From: Thermoanaerobaculia bacterium
Lineage (GTDB): Bacteria > Acidobacteriota > Thermoanaerobaculia > Multivoradales > Multivoraceae
DNA length: 64,000 bases
Assembly (NCBI GenBank): GCA_963664405.1
Contig: OY761158.1
Coordinates: forward strand, 4,832,001 to 4,896,000
Reading direction: 5' to 3'
Position numbers and translations under genes: made by a program. The notes under the pieces are model-generated. The model saw nothing but the letters and a program-made list of their open reading frames with translations. It searched no databases and was not told the origin of the DNA. Below, in pieces: positions 29,821 to 38,344 of this stretch (position 1 is the stretch's first letter; every line of letters begins with the position of its first letter).

Positions 29821-30535
29821 TCAGTCTTGCGAGGCGAGTCTCTTCACCAGGCGATAGAGGAACTCGTGCCCCTCGTAGAAAGACTCGACCAGCAGGCGCT
29901 CGTCCTGACCGTGGATGCGGATGTCGTTGCGATCGACGAAGAGGCCTGACACGCCGTAGGTGGGGATTCCGGCGTTGCGCATCTTGGCACCGTCGGTGGC
30001 GCCGGTCGTCATGGTCGGGAGAACGACGACGCCAGGCCACATCTCCTCGGTGGTGATCTCGATGGCGCCGAGGATCTCGTCGGTCAGCGGGGAAGGATCG
30101 CTGGGTCTTCCGCCACCCTGAAAGGTGATCTCGATCTCGGGGTTGTCGACCGTGGAGATCAGCGCCTCGAGCACGTCGTGCGGGTCGGTGCCGGGCATCA
30201 TGCGGCTGTTGACCACGGCCTGAGCGGTCTGCGGCAGGGCGTTGGGAGCGTGTCCTCCTTCGAGGATCGTGGGTACGACCGTGGTTCGCAACTGTGCGTT
30301 CAGCACCGGATCCGCCGCCAGACGCTCCAACGCCTCGGGGTCGGGCGGTTCTTCGAGGATCGCCCGGATGTCCTTACCCTTCTGCCCGGGTGTGATCTCG
30401 GCGAGACGCTCGAGTCCCAGGCGCATGACGGGATTCAGCTCCACCGGGAACGAGTACTCCCGGATCGCAAGAAGTGCTGTGGCGAGGTCGTAGATGGCGT
30501 TGTCCCGGCGTGGTAGCGAGGAGTGCCCACCGAGC
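29821..30535 (-). pseudogene. M20/M25/M40 peptidase C-terminal fragment
   Basis: GGHSS.P..DNAIY, GGHAPNALPQ, GATDG, RIHGQDER; N-terminal metal ligands absent. Confidence 0.8.
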
Positions 30536-30565
30536 AGGACAAGCGCACCAGCCGTCAACCGAGTG

Positions 30566-30589
30566 TCGGGGTCCAGGGTCTTTCGTCAT
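30566..30589 (-). repeat. 5' stub of the HD hydrolase gene (copy of 17445-17468)
   Basis: MTKDPGPR, 22/24 nt identical, ATG overlaps the amidase stop. Confidence 0.75.
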
Positions 30590-32037
30590 CACGACCTCCC
30601 GGCGATGAGACTCGGCACCAGCGTGTGCCATTCGGTCGCTTGCTCGTAGGTATTGCCGATCCGGCACAAGGTTGGCTCAGTGAGGCGATCGCCGAGAAGT
30701 TGAAGTGTGAGCGGCACTCCGTCGGGGTTGGTGCCGCAGGGGAGGGACACGGTGGGGGTACCTGCGAAATCGGACGGTGCGGTGAACTGGAGCTGAATGT
30801 GCTCCATCAACGGGCCGAAGCCGTCCATGCCGCCGTATTGCACCGCCTCGTCGGCGGGGAATGGCACGCCTCCACTGGGCCCCGCCACCGCATCGACCCC
30901 GGCAAGGGCGGAACGGAAGCGCTCGTTGAAGGCGGCCCGGCGCTCGCTCGCTGTCGCGTACGCCGCGTCGGTCACCGACGCTCCAACGGCGAGGAACTCA
31001 CGGAAGTACTCACCATACTCGTCCGCCTGCGAAGGGTAGTGCTCGCCGTGGGCGGCGTGCGCCTCGCGGGAGCAGATGGTGAACCAGGCGTCGACGAGAT
31101 CGGGCGGGAAGGCGGGCATCTCGACCTCGACCACCTCGGCACCCTCCTGCTCGAGGACGCCCAGCGCCTCCTCGATCGCGCTCACCAGGCCCGGATCGAC
31201 GTCGGTGCTCGCCCAGGCGCGGTCGTAGCCGATGCGTGTCCCCCCGACACCGGAGTCGATGTGCTCGAGCAGATCGAAGACAGGGCCCGGCAACGACGTC
31301 GGATCCTCGGCGTCGGGGCCCGCAATCGCCTGCAGCACGGCGGCCGCGTCGCCCACGCGCCGCGCCAGGGGACCGACGTGGTCGAGGCTCTCGGCAAGCG
31401 GCAGGACGCCATGTCGGCTGACGAGCCCATAGGTGGGCTTGAGGCCGACCACGCCGTTCGCCATGGCCGGATAGCGGATGGAGCCACCCGTATCGGTTCC
31501 GAGGGCGGCGAAGCAGAGGCCCGCCGCGGTCGCGACGCCTGCGCCGCTCGACGACACTCCTGCCCACAGGCGATCGTCCCAGGGGTTGCGGGGAACCGGA
31601 AAGCTGCGGTGGTAGCCGCCCATGGCACCCTCGGTCGTGGTCAGCTTGCCCAGAAGAACCGCCCCGGCCTGGGCCAGCTTCGCGACCACGGTAGCGTCGT
31701 GGTCCGGCACGAAGCTCCTCAGAAAGGCGTGACCGCCCATGGTGCGTGTGCCACGCGTGTAGCAGAGGTCCTTGACCGCGACGGGCATGCCGTGCAGTGG
31801 CCCGTGCCAGTCACCCGCGGCGATCTCCTCCTCCGCCCGGCGGGCCGCGGCCCGGGCCTCGTCCGCCATCACCGTGGCGTAGCTGTGCAGCGACGCGTCG
31901 ACGGTGGAGAGGCGATCCAGCATGGTCTCCGTCAAGGAGACCGGCGAGAGCTCGCCCGACCTCAGGCGCTCGGCGGTGTCGAGGAGGCTCGCAAAGTGAA
32001 GTGGCGTCTCTCGCGATTCAGGACCTCTCTCGTTCAT
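30589..32037 (-). CDS. Amidase signature family protein
   Basis: GPLHGMPVAVKDL, GVSSSG, GTDTGGSIRYP. Confidence 0.93.
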   Translation of the reverse strand: MNERGPESRETPLHFASLLDTAERLRSGELSPVSLTETMLDRLSTVDASLHSYATVMADEARAAARRAEEEIAAGDWHGPLHGMPVAVKDLCYTRGTRTMGGHAFLRSFVPDHDATVVAKLAQAGAVLLGKLTTTEGAMGGYHRSFPVPRNPWDDRLWAGVSSSGAGVATAAGLCFAALGTDTGGSIRYPAMANGVVGLKPTYGLVSRHGVLPLAESLDHVGPLARRVGDAAAVLQAIAGPDAEDPTSLPGPVFDLLEHIDSGVGGTRIGYDRAWASTDVDPGLVSAIEEALGVLEQEGAEVVEVEMPAFPPDLVDAWFTICSREAHAAHGEHYPSQADEYGEYFREFLAVGASVTDAAYATASERRAAFNERFRSALAGVDAVAGPSGGVPFPADEAVQYGGMDGFGPLMEHIQLQFTAPSDFAGTPTVSLPCGTNPDGVPLTLQLLGDRLTEPTLCRIGNTYEQATEWHTLVPSLIAGRS

Positions 32038-32106
32038 GCCTTCTCCTTGTCGGGTTCACTTGGCAATACCAGCGTGCTTTTCTGATCATCTCATCTGCGC
32101 CATTGG

Positions 32107-32714
32107 TGAAGATTTCTCGACTTTCTTCACCGCAACCCTTGACAGGTTTTTTCGACCCCTTCTCTACGAATCGAGCGAAGAGAAAGTGGAGATTCTAGCC
32201 GCCCAACGACGGCCTGACGGCTTGCAGCTCATGGCCGAAAGCGCCCTCGCGCACGAGCTCGACCGGGGCAGTTCGGGTGACCGGTATCAAGTTGTGATGC
32301 ACGTTGACGAGAAGGTCCTGGCCGACTCCGAGGCTGGTGGCGTTTCGGTCCTCGAGGATGGGCAGCACGTTCCCGCGGGAACGTCTCAGCGACTCGCCTG
32401 CGATGCCGGAAAGGTGGTCGTGCGCCATGCCCGCGATGGCACGGTTCTCGACGTCGGGCGCAGAACCCGTACGACTTCACACTGGGCCCAGGCGGAGAAA
32501 CCAGCCTCGACAACCTCGCTCTGCTGTGTCGATGCCACCATCGATGGCGCAGGCGCCTCGGCCGCCGAAGTGGGCGGGGGAGCCGCTCGAGCTCCTCTTG
32601 CACCAGCTCGAGGAACAGGGGATCAAGATCGACGATGACGGCGGCCTGCCCGATTGGGATGGAGAGTCTCTCGATCTCGCGTGGGCGGTCGATGCCCTGC
32701 GATTGATCAATTGA
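32107..32714 (+). pseudogene. Internally deleted copy of the DUF222-HNH element (leader + middle + 3' end)
   Basis: Blocks match 17520-17575, 18340-18650, 18748-18815 and 18890-19061; CRFPGC/HH region deleted; ends gcgattgatcaattga. Confidence 0.9.
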
Positions 32715-32725
32715 AGCCAGATGGT

Positions 32726-32840
32726 CCTTCGGCCGCCACGGGTGCCACCCGTTTATTGGCCTGGTCTTCTCGGAGTCGCTACCTGCCTCTACCTTACAAA
32801 CATTCAGGTGGCACCTGGCTCGCGAACAGAGGTAGCCCAG
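32726..32840 (+). repeat. GGTGCCACCC repeat, subfamily A
   Basis: ccttcggccgccacgggtgccacccgtttattggcctggtcttc... Confidence 0.8.
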
Positions 32841-32911
32841 TCAGAGCGAAGACAAGCTCTGGGGCGGTGAGACGGTCCAAGTCGACGCGTCTGTGCCAAG
32901 TTGGAACCCCG

Positions 32912-33154
32912 TCAGTGGCAATGGCTGTGCGCCTGCGACCAGATCTGACCGGGCGGGCAGATCGAGGCTTCCGCGTCTTCGCTCAGGCGGAACGACGAAG
33001 CGAGCGCCAGCGCCAGCACCACCACCACTGCCGCCACAATGAGCCATTGAACGTTGGACAGCCCTCCACTCTTCCGCACGCAACATGCTTTGAACTTCTT
33101 GCCACTACCGCAGGGGCAGGGCTCGTTGCGCCCGACTTTGTTTGTTGTGGCCAT
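32912..33154 (-). CDS. SEC-C motif small membrane protein
   Basis: [22 protein letters not shown] helix, [13 protein letters not shown]. Confidence 0.85.
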   Translation of the reverse strand: MATTNKVGRNEPCPCGSGKKFKACCVRKSGGLSNVQWLIVAAVVVVLALALASSFRLSEDAEASICPPGQIWSQAHSHCH

Positions 33155-33365
33155 CGGCTCGAGGTCTCTGGATCTATCGCGAGAGCGCCGAGATCATATC
33201 GCCCGAGCAGCAGCGGTGGCTGATCGCAAGACCCATCCTTAACGCTATCCCACGTTTCGCTCCGCGGGAAGGAGTGTCGGTAGCCGAGCGCAACCGGGAG
33301 ACCTTGGCCTCGCCGGGCAACGCGCCATCCCGGCCGCTGCCGCTCGCGAAACGCGAGCCGGGGGC

Positions 33366-33478
33366 GAGCACCGTGAGGGGCGCACCGGCCTCTGTGAATC
33401 ACTTCGCAACCGAGCGCTTCGCCCTCCTCAAAGAAAACCTTTGGCGTCCTTCGCTGCACCTCAGGAGGGTTGGCCAAC
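33366..33478 (+). pseudogene. Antitoxin 3' end plus internally deleted ParE-like toxin (copy of 19312-19363)
   Basis: gagcaccgtgaggggcgcacc...ctctgtgaatca(c)ttcgcaaccgagc then FALLKEN..PSLHLRRVG. Confidence 0.8.
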
Positions 33479-33601
33479 CCTACACGCGGTGATGCTATTG
33501 TCTACTGAGATTACGTAGAAGCGATTCGCGCAGCTTGATTCGGGCGGGCCTCCGGCACTGCTGCCGGTAGTAGGGGCTAACCACAATGGAGGGCGATCGT
33601 C

Positions 33602-33922
33602 ATGCCGAAGTTCCTGATAGAAGCTTCCTACTCAGCCGAGGGTGCGAAGGGACTGCTGGAAGAAGGAGGGAGTGGTCGTAGGGCGGCCATCGAACAGGCA
33701 ATGGAGGGCCTCGGAGGGCGCGTCGAGGCGCTTTACTTCGCCTTGGAGGGCTCCCGTGCCTACATGATCATGGAGGCACCGGATGCCGCCTCCGTTGCAG
33801 CGCTCAGTCTCGCAGCTAGTGCTGCCGGCGTGGCGACAGTCTCGACCGTTCCCCTCCTGACACCAGAGGAGATGGACGAAGCGTGCCAGAAGGCAGTCAA
33901 CTATCGTCCTCCAGGCGGCTAG
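33602..33922 (+). CDS. GYD domain protein
   Basis: MPKFLIEASYS.EG.KGLL.EGGSGR, YRPPG. Confidence 0.85.
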   Translation: MPKFLIEASYSAEGAKGLLEEGGSGRRAAIEQAMEGLGGRVEALYFALEGSRAYMIMEAPDAASVAALSLAASAAGVATVSTVPLLTPEEMDEACQKAVNYRPPGG

Positions 33923-33967
33923 CCGCGCACCGTTCGCCTCGACGGCGGAGAGACCGCGTCCTCGACG

Positions 33968-35122
33968 TTAGGCCGTGACGAAACCAAAGTTCTCGCGCTC
34001 GAGCGGTCGGCTGACCGGTTGCCGCATCAGCTCGAGGGCGCCGACCTCGCTGAGAAAGTCATCCAACCTGCGACGCGATCCGGGGTCGAGATCGTCGTAG
34101 AAGGTCTTGGTCTTCTGGTGCTCCCAAACCATGTTCGCGCGGATCGGCACTTTTAGCCGGACCCCGTAGACGGAAACCTCATGGCTGGCCAGAGAGCCAT
34201 TGCCGCGCATCGCCGGCACTCGCTCGCCTGGGCCGATCTCCGGATGTGCCTCCAGCCAGTCCGCCAGCGATGTGATCGTCTGACCAAGCTCGACGGCAAA
34301 ATCTTCGACGGCGTGCAGGAGGATCGCCTCGAGCGTCGCCGGTAGGGCATCGTCGCGGAACAGCGTTGTCGGGCAATCATGGAACTCGGGCGACGGGCCC
34401 GGTGACATCATCCGCTCGGTCCAGCGGAACAGGTTCGGCGCGATGCGTTTCATCAGGCTTGAGGGATAGGGATCGCGGGCCATGTGCCCATAAAACGGCC
34501 CCATGAAGGCGTAATCGGCCAGCGTCGGATGCCCGCCAAGCAGAAAGGGATGCTCTTCGAAATGTCGGTTGAGCAGGGTCATCAAGGTCTCGCAGGCTGC
34601 GTCGATCGCATCCATCGTCTCCGGCACCAAACCCATTATCGGCAGGTTGCCCTGAATGCGTTGTGCGATTTTCTTGCCGAAAGCGATCTGTTCTTCCTCG
34701 GGCCCCCTGGGACGGATGGTTCGGCCGAACTCGTGATGGATGAAGGCCAAGTTCTCTTCCAGAAACGACCAGCGGAAATGTAGGCCGGGGCGGATCAAAC
34801 TGTGGGAGGCGTAGACCGCCAGGAAGCGGGCGGCCCAACCGAGAACAGCGGTGTCCGGATAGGCCGGCGGCGTGGCAAAGCGCGGCTCCAGGTAATCGAT
34901 AATCTCGACAGTGTCCTGAATGATGGCGCCGTCCGGTGTCTCCAGGATGGGAATGACGTCATACCCCACAGTCACCCGTGCGCGCTCGCGATATCCGCGG
35001 TCGGCGTTCGGACGCTCCACATAGGGCACCCGCTTGGCCAGCAGATAGGCCCGGGCTTTGGCCGAGTAGTAGGAACATTCGGCTGCGTAGAGAATGTAGG
35101 GTGCGGTCATGGCGGGAGCCAT
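33968..35122 (-). CDS. Glutathione S-transferase-like protein
   Basis: SYYSAKARAYL, IQDT..II, FLLGG.PTLAD, RDPYP. Confidence 0.85.
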   Translation of the reverse strand: MAPAMTAPYILYAAECSYYSAKARAYLLAKRVPYVERPNADRGYRERARVTVGYDVIPILETPDGAIIQDTVEIIDYLEPRFATPPAYPDTAVLGWAARFLAVYASHSLIRPGLHFRWSFLEENLAFIHHEFGRTIRPRGPEEEQIAFGKKIAQRIQGNLPIMGLVPETMDAIDAACETLMTLLNRHFEEHPFLLGGHPTLADYAFMGPFYGHMARDPYPSSLMKRIAPNLFRWTERMMSPGPSPEFHDCPTTLFRDDALPATLEAILLHAVEDFAVELGQTITSLADWLEAHPEIGPGERVPAMRGNGSLASHEVSVYGVRLKVPIRANMVWEHQKTKTFYDDLDPGSRRRLDDFLSEVGALELMRQPVSRPLERENFGFVTA

Positions 35123-35631
35123 CAGGCCGTCAGCTCTGTAGGCGTCAGCGCGTAGAGGACGGCGTGCTCCAGCACATCGGTTCGGAGGTGCGAGATCTCT
35201 GCGTATTCGGGTGAGCCGGCCATCGCGAGGAACTTGTCGACACTCGGGTACTCCACCAGGGCCACGATGTCCCACTCCTGCTCGCCGAGGAGCAATTCGC
35301 GGCACTGGCCGACGAAGATCAGTCGGGTTCCGGGGGCGTGCTGTTGCGACGGCCCGTCGAAAGCCTCGGCGTAGGGGGCGATCGACGCCCCTTCTTTGAG
35401 CTTCATCAGGTTGAGCATCACCACCGGCTTCTCGCCCAGCGCTTGGCGGAGCCGCTGCAGGCGCATCCCACGCTCCTGCTCGCTGACCCCGCCACCGGGT
35501 CGGGCCTCTTGCGCTCCAACCTCTTCGATGGCGACGAGCTGGCTGCTGAGTCCGAGGGCGAGTCCGGTGCCGAGACCACGGCTGACCAGGTCGCGGCGAG
35601 TCGATTGGGTCGAGGGGGTCGCTTCTTTCAT
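35122..35631 (-). CDS. DUF1330 family protein with Tat-like signal
   Basis: TRRDLV signal; PVVMLNLMK, WD.VALVEYPS. Confidence 0.8.
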   Translation of the reverse strand: MKEATPSTQSTRRDLVSRGLGTGLALGLSSQLVAIEEVGAQEARPGGGVSEQERGMRLQRLRQALGEKPVVMLNLMKLKEGASIAPYAEAFDGPSQQHAPGTRLIFVGQCRELLLGEQEWDIVALVEYPSVDKFLAMAGSPEYAEISHLRTDVLEHAVLYALTPTELTA

Positions 35632-35726
35632 TGGCTCAGAACCTCACTTTCTTCGCTGCAGGATCACTAGCCATGGCGCAGATAGAGAAACGCTCCCAGC
35701 TACCGAGCATCCAGGACGATGTTCAG

Positions 35727-35918
35727 CTAGCTCCTATCGGGCGTCTTGGCGGGCTCTCGCTCCTTCGCCAGGCCTCGAAGCGCTTCGTTGACCGCCTCGG
35801 ACGTGGGAAATACCTTGGCCACGTCGGGCGCTAACACGACGATTTTCTCGCCGCCGCTCGTCAACCGATCGGTGTATTTTCCCCGAATGCCCTTCGAAAA
35901 ATCGTACTCGTCACGCAT
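35727..35918 (-). CDS. BrnA-like antitoxin
   Basis: MRDEYDFSKG.RGKY, LAPDVAKVF..SEAVNEALR. Confidence 0.85.
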   Translation of the reverse strand: MRDEYDFSKGIRGKYTDRLTSGGEKIVVLAPDVAKVFPTSEAVNEALRGLAKEREPAKTPDRS

Positions 35919-35920
35919 AG

Positions 35921-36211
35921 TCAGAACTCTTCATACTGGCGGCGCTCTCGCCTCGTGGCCGTGCGCGCGCTTATCAGCCGTATTCTATCGCCTCGATCGG
36001 TATGGGCGACGACGAGCAACCGGTTGCGGTTCGAGAACCCCAGAAGTATCCGCCGTTCCTCTTGGTCGGAGTGCTCGGGATCAGGGATGGTCAAGGAGAG
36101 GCGGTCGCGGAAGCTGGACGTCGCCTCCTGGAACGCCACGCCGTGTTTCTGGAGGTTCTCGACCGCTTTCATCGTGTCCCACTCGAAAGCAACTCTCGGA
36201 CTCTTTCCCAC
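35921..36211 (-). CDS. brnT: BrnT family toxin (DUF497)
   Basis: FEWD..K...N..KHGVAF, IRLISAR.AT..ERRQYE. Confidence 0.9.
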   Translation of the reverse strand: MGKSPRVAFEWDTMKAVENLQKHGVAFQEATSSFRDRLSLTIPDPEHSDQEERRILLGFSNRNRLLVVAHTDRGDRIRLISARTATRRERRQYEEF

Positions 36212-36332
36212 TGTCGCGTGACGCCTCCACCAATGGAGACGTGATCGCGAGTGGCAACCTTGCTGCGACCCCGATTTCGGGAGCTCCGGAGCTCGAGGGG
36301 GCTACGTAGTTCTTCTGTCTTCAGAAGAAGAG

Positions 36333-36583
36333 CTTCTCAGCATCGCCGGCATCCATCTGCGGGAGATCATGGGCTACTGTTTCATCGCCCTATTCTGGAG
36401 CGGTATCGTGTTCTCGATATAACCGAAGAGCAGGGTCAGAACGATCTGGTTGGTGAAGGTGAGGAGATCCCAGAAGGAGTCTCCCCACGACTCGAGAGCC
36501 GACTGGGCCGGGTAGCCGGCTACACCGATGGCGAGAGCGAAGGTGAGAAGCGAGAGTAGTGCCGCTACGACAAAAGCATCGGG
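36333..36583. pseudogene. Two opposite-strand fragments of an AtoE-like short-chain fatty acid transporter
   Basis: + strand 36333-36417 LLSIAGIHLREIMGYCF (C-term); - strand 36583-36418 PDAFVVAALL...WGDSFWDLLTFTNQ..L.LLFGY (N-term). Confidence 0.7.
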
Positions 36584-36659
36584 AGCCCGCGCAGGAAAAG
36601 GCGTACGAGATACTGCACGGGAGAACCCTCAGTTGCTGTTGAAATCCTTCATCGCTGCT

Positions 36660-37070
36660 CTACTCGAGGACCGCGACACCAAGGTCGGGAAAGCGACGAT
36701 CGAAAGTGTAGATGCGAGGCGGTCCAATCTCACGAGCCTGCGCCCACTGCATTGCGTCGGCGAACGAGACGCGCCTCGAATCGCGACAAAGCGAGAGCGC
36801 TTCGAGGGCAACGGGCTTCGAGAGGGAGAGCAGCTTCAGATTGCGACGCCGAATCAACGCTTGCAGGGCGTCGACTGTCGAGGCCCGGGCGACGCCATAG
36901 ACCGAAGTCAGAACGTAGGCGACCTCGACCAGCACCAGCTCACTTACGATGCGAAGGTGCTCGCTCTCGATGATCTTTGCGGCCCGCTCCGCGAGGTGAG
37001 GGGGATCATCGGTGAGGTAGCGCACGACCACGCTGCTGTCGAGAAACGCAGCGCCCGATTCCTCACTCAT
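36660..37070 (-). CDS. vapC: VapC PIN-domain toxin
   Basis: AFLDSSVVVRYLTDD, E..YVL.SVY, SFADA, YTFD. Confidence 0.88.
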   Translation of the reverse strand: MSEESGAAFLDSSVVVRYLTDDPPHLAERAAKIIESEHLRIVSELVLVEVAYVLTSVYGVARASTVDALQALIRRRNLKLLSLSKPVALEALSLCRDSRRVSFADAMQWAQAREIGPPRIYTFDRRFPDLGVAVLE

Positions 37071-37344
37071 CCTCAGACTCCTCAGCTTCCGCCACGACAC
37101 TCGCGTTTCTCCACGCCTCGTCGACCGCCTCTCCCCAGGCAGGTGCGTCCGGCCGCACCTTGACCCTCGTCTCGGCGGCAAGGGTCCCGCGCAGGGAGCG
37201 CTCGTGATCGGGCGGAAAGAAGCGAATCTCCACTCGATCCCCAACCGTCTGCTGAACTGCGAGATAGCCCGGCTCAATCCCAAGGCGGTCTCGAATCGAC
37301 TTTTCGATCACAACCTGTCCCTTAGTACCTACTTTCACACTCAT
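37063..37344 (-). CDS. AbrB/MazE antitoxin
   Basis: KVGTKGQVVIEKSIRDRLGIEPG. Confidence 0.9.
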   Translation of the reverse strand: MSVKVGTKGQVVIEKSIRDRLGIEPGYLAVQQTVGDRVEIRFFPPDHERSLRGTLAAETRVKVRPDAPAWGEAVDEAWRNASVVAEAEESEDE

Positions 37345-37475
37345 GTCGTATTACCAACCACAAGTATACTTTTCCAATTGAAGTATGACAATTGCCCTCA
37401 GGTCAGTGACTCGCAGCTGGAGCGACCCGCTCATTCGCCTGCGGTCAAGCCTGCGATGAGACTACCCCTTGTTGC

Positions 37476-37799
37476 TCAGGTCGATCCCGTGCCAGAGATT
37501 GCTCGGCCTACTTCTTTCGTGGATCCGCCCAGCGTGAGCACCGAGCGCGCCAGCTGATCTAGCGTCGCCTGACCCTTCTCCAGCTTCGAAACCCTCCCCT
37601 GACTGGTCTTGAGGATCCTTGCGACGCGCTCCTGGGAGAGCTTCTTCTTTCTGCGCCTGGTCTTCAGCTCCTCTCCCAAGCGGATCTTCATGTCGATCAC
37701 GGCCACTTCCTCCGGGCTGAGGCCGAGCCACTCTTCGACGGTGGTCACTCGTCCATCCATGGCCTCGATTCGAGCGCTCTTCTTTGTACTAAGGGGCAT
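37476..37799 (-). CDS. XRE HTH antitoxin (HigA-like)
   Basis: LSQERVARILKTSQGRVSKLEKG. Confidence 0.88.
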   Translation of the reverse strand: MPLSTKKSARIEAMDGRVTTVEEWLGLSPEEVAVIDMKIRLGEELKTRRRKKKLSQERVARILKTSQGRVSKLEKGQATLDQLARSVLTLGGSTKEVGRAISGTGST

Positions 37800-37814
37800 C
37801 GCTTACCTCTGCTG

Positions 37815-38147
37815 TCAATTCGCGTCGTACTTCCGTAACAGATTCTTGGCTCTGTCGATCAAGCGCTTTGGCGTTTTGCTCGTCTTCTTGCTGAACACGG
37901 CAACCACGAGAACGGCGTCAACGTCAGATCTGTAGATCACTCGCCACGTCTGACCAGCTTCGTTCACTCGCAGCTCGTGGCAGCCTCGACCGATCGCAGG
38001 CATCGGACGTGAGTGGGGCATCCCGATATTGACGCCTTGCTGAAGCTTTCGGATCAGAAAACCAATCTCGCGCCGCGCGTCAAGCGACACCGGCGGCGTC
38101 TTGATTTCTCCGGCCAGTATCACGAGGGCCTTGTCGGTCGCCCGCAC
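37815..38147 (-). CDS. RelE/HigB-like toxin
   Basis: GEIKTPP, MPHSRPMP.IG..CHELR, WRVIYR, FSKKT.KTP. Confidence 0.88.
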   Translation of the reverse strand: MRATDKALVILAGEIKTPPVSLDARREIGFLIRKLQQGVNIGMPHSRPMPAIGRGCHELRVNEAGQTWRVIYRSDVDAVLVVAVFSKKTSKTPKRLIDRAKNLLRKYDAN

Positions 38148-38163
38148 TCCATACTCGGAAATA

Positions 38164-38179
38164 ATACCAGATCTGGCAT
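38164..38179. promoter_or_regulatory. Putative operator of the higBA-like pair
   Basis: ATACCAGATCTGGCAT near-perfect palindrome just upstream. Confidence 0.55.
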
Positions 38180-38225
38180 ATCCTGGAAAGCCCGATCGGG
38201 TATAGTTTCGATCTCTTCCGACCCT

Positions 38226-38303
38226 CTGTGTCTGTGCACCGCTGAGCGGTTCCTCCTCTACTGAAGGACGCAATTGAGGGGGATGGTTCAACGAAGAGGG
38301 TGG
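38226..38303 (-). repeat. GGTGCCACCC repeat, subfamily B (internally deleted) upstream of higBA
   Basis: Minus strand ccaccctcttcgttga...cctcaattgcgtccttcagtagaggaggaaccgctcag. Confidence 0.75.
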
Positions 38304-38344
38304 TAGGGTCAGTCGCCCATCGAACGCCCTTAGCGAGTGGAATT

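Noticed and set aside
28042-32085. Long ORFs 28042-29757(-) and 30523-32085(+)
   Set aside because: Antisense shadows of ggt and the amidase, as expected in high-GC DNA.
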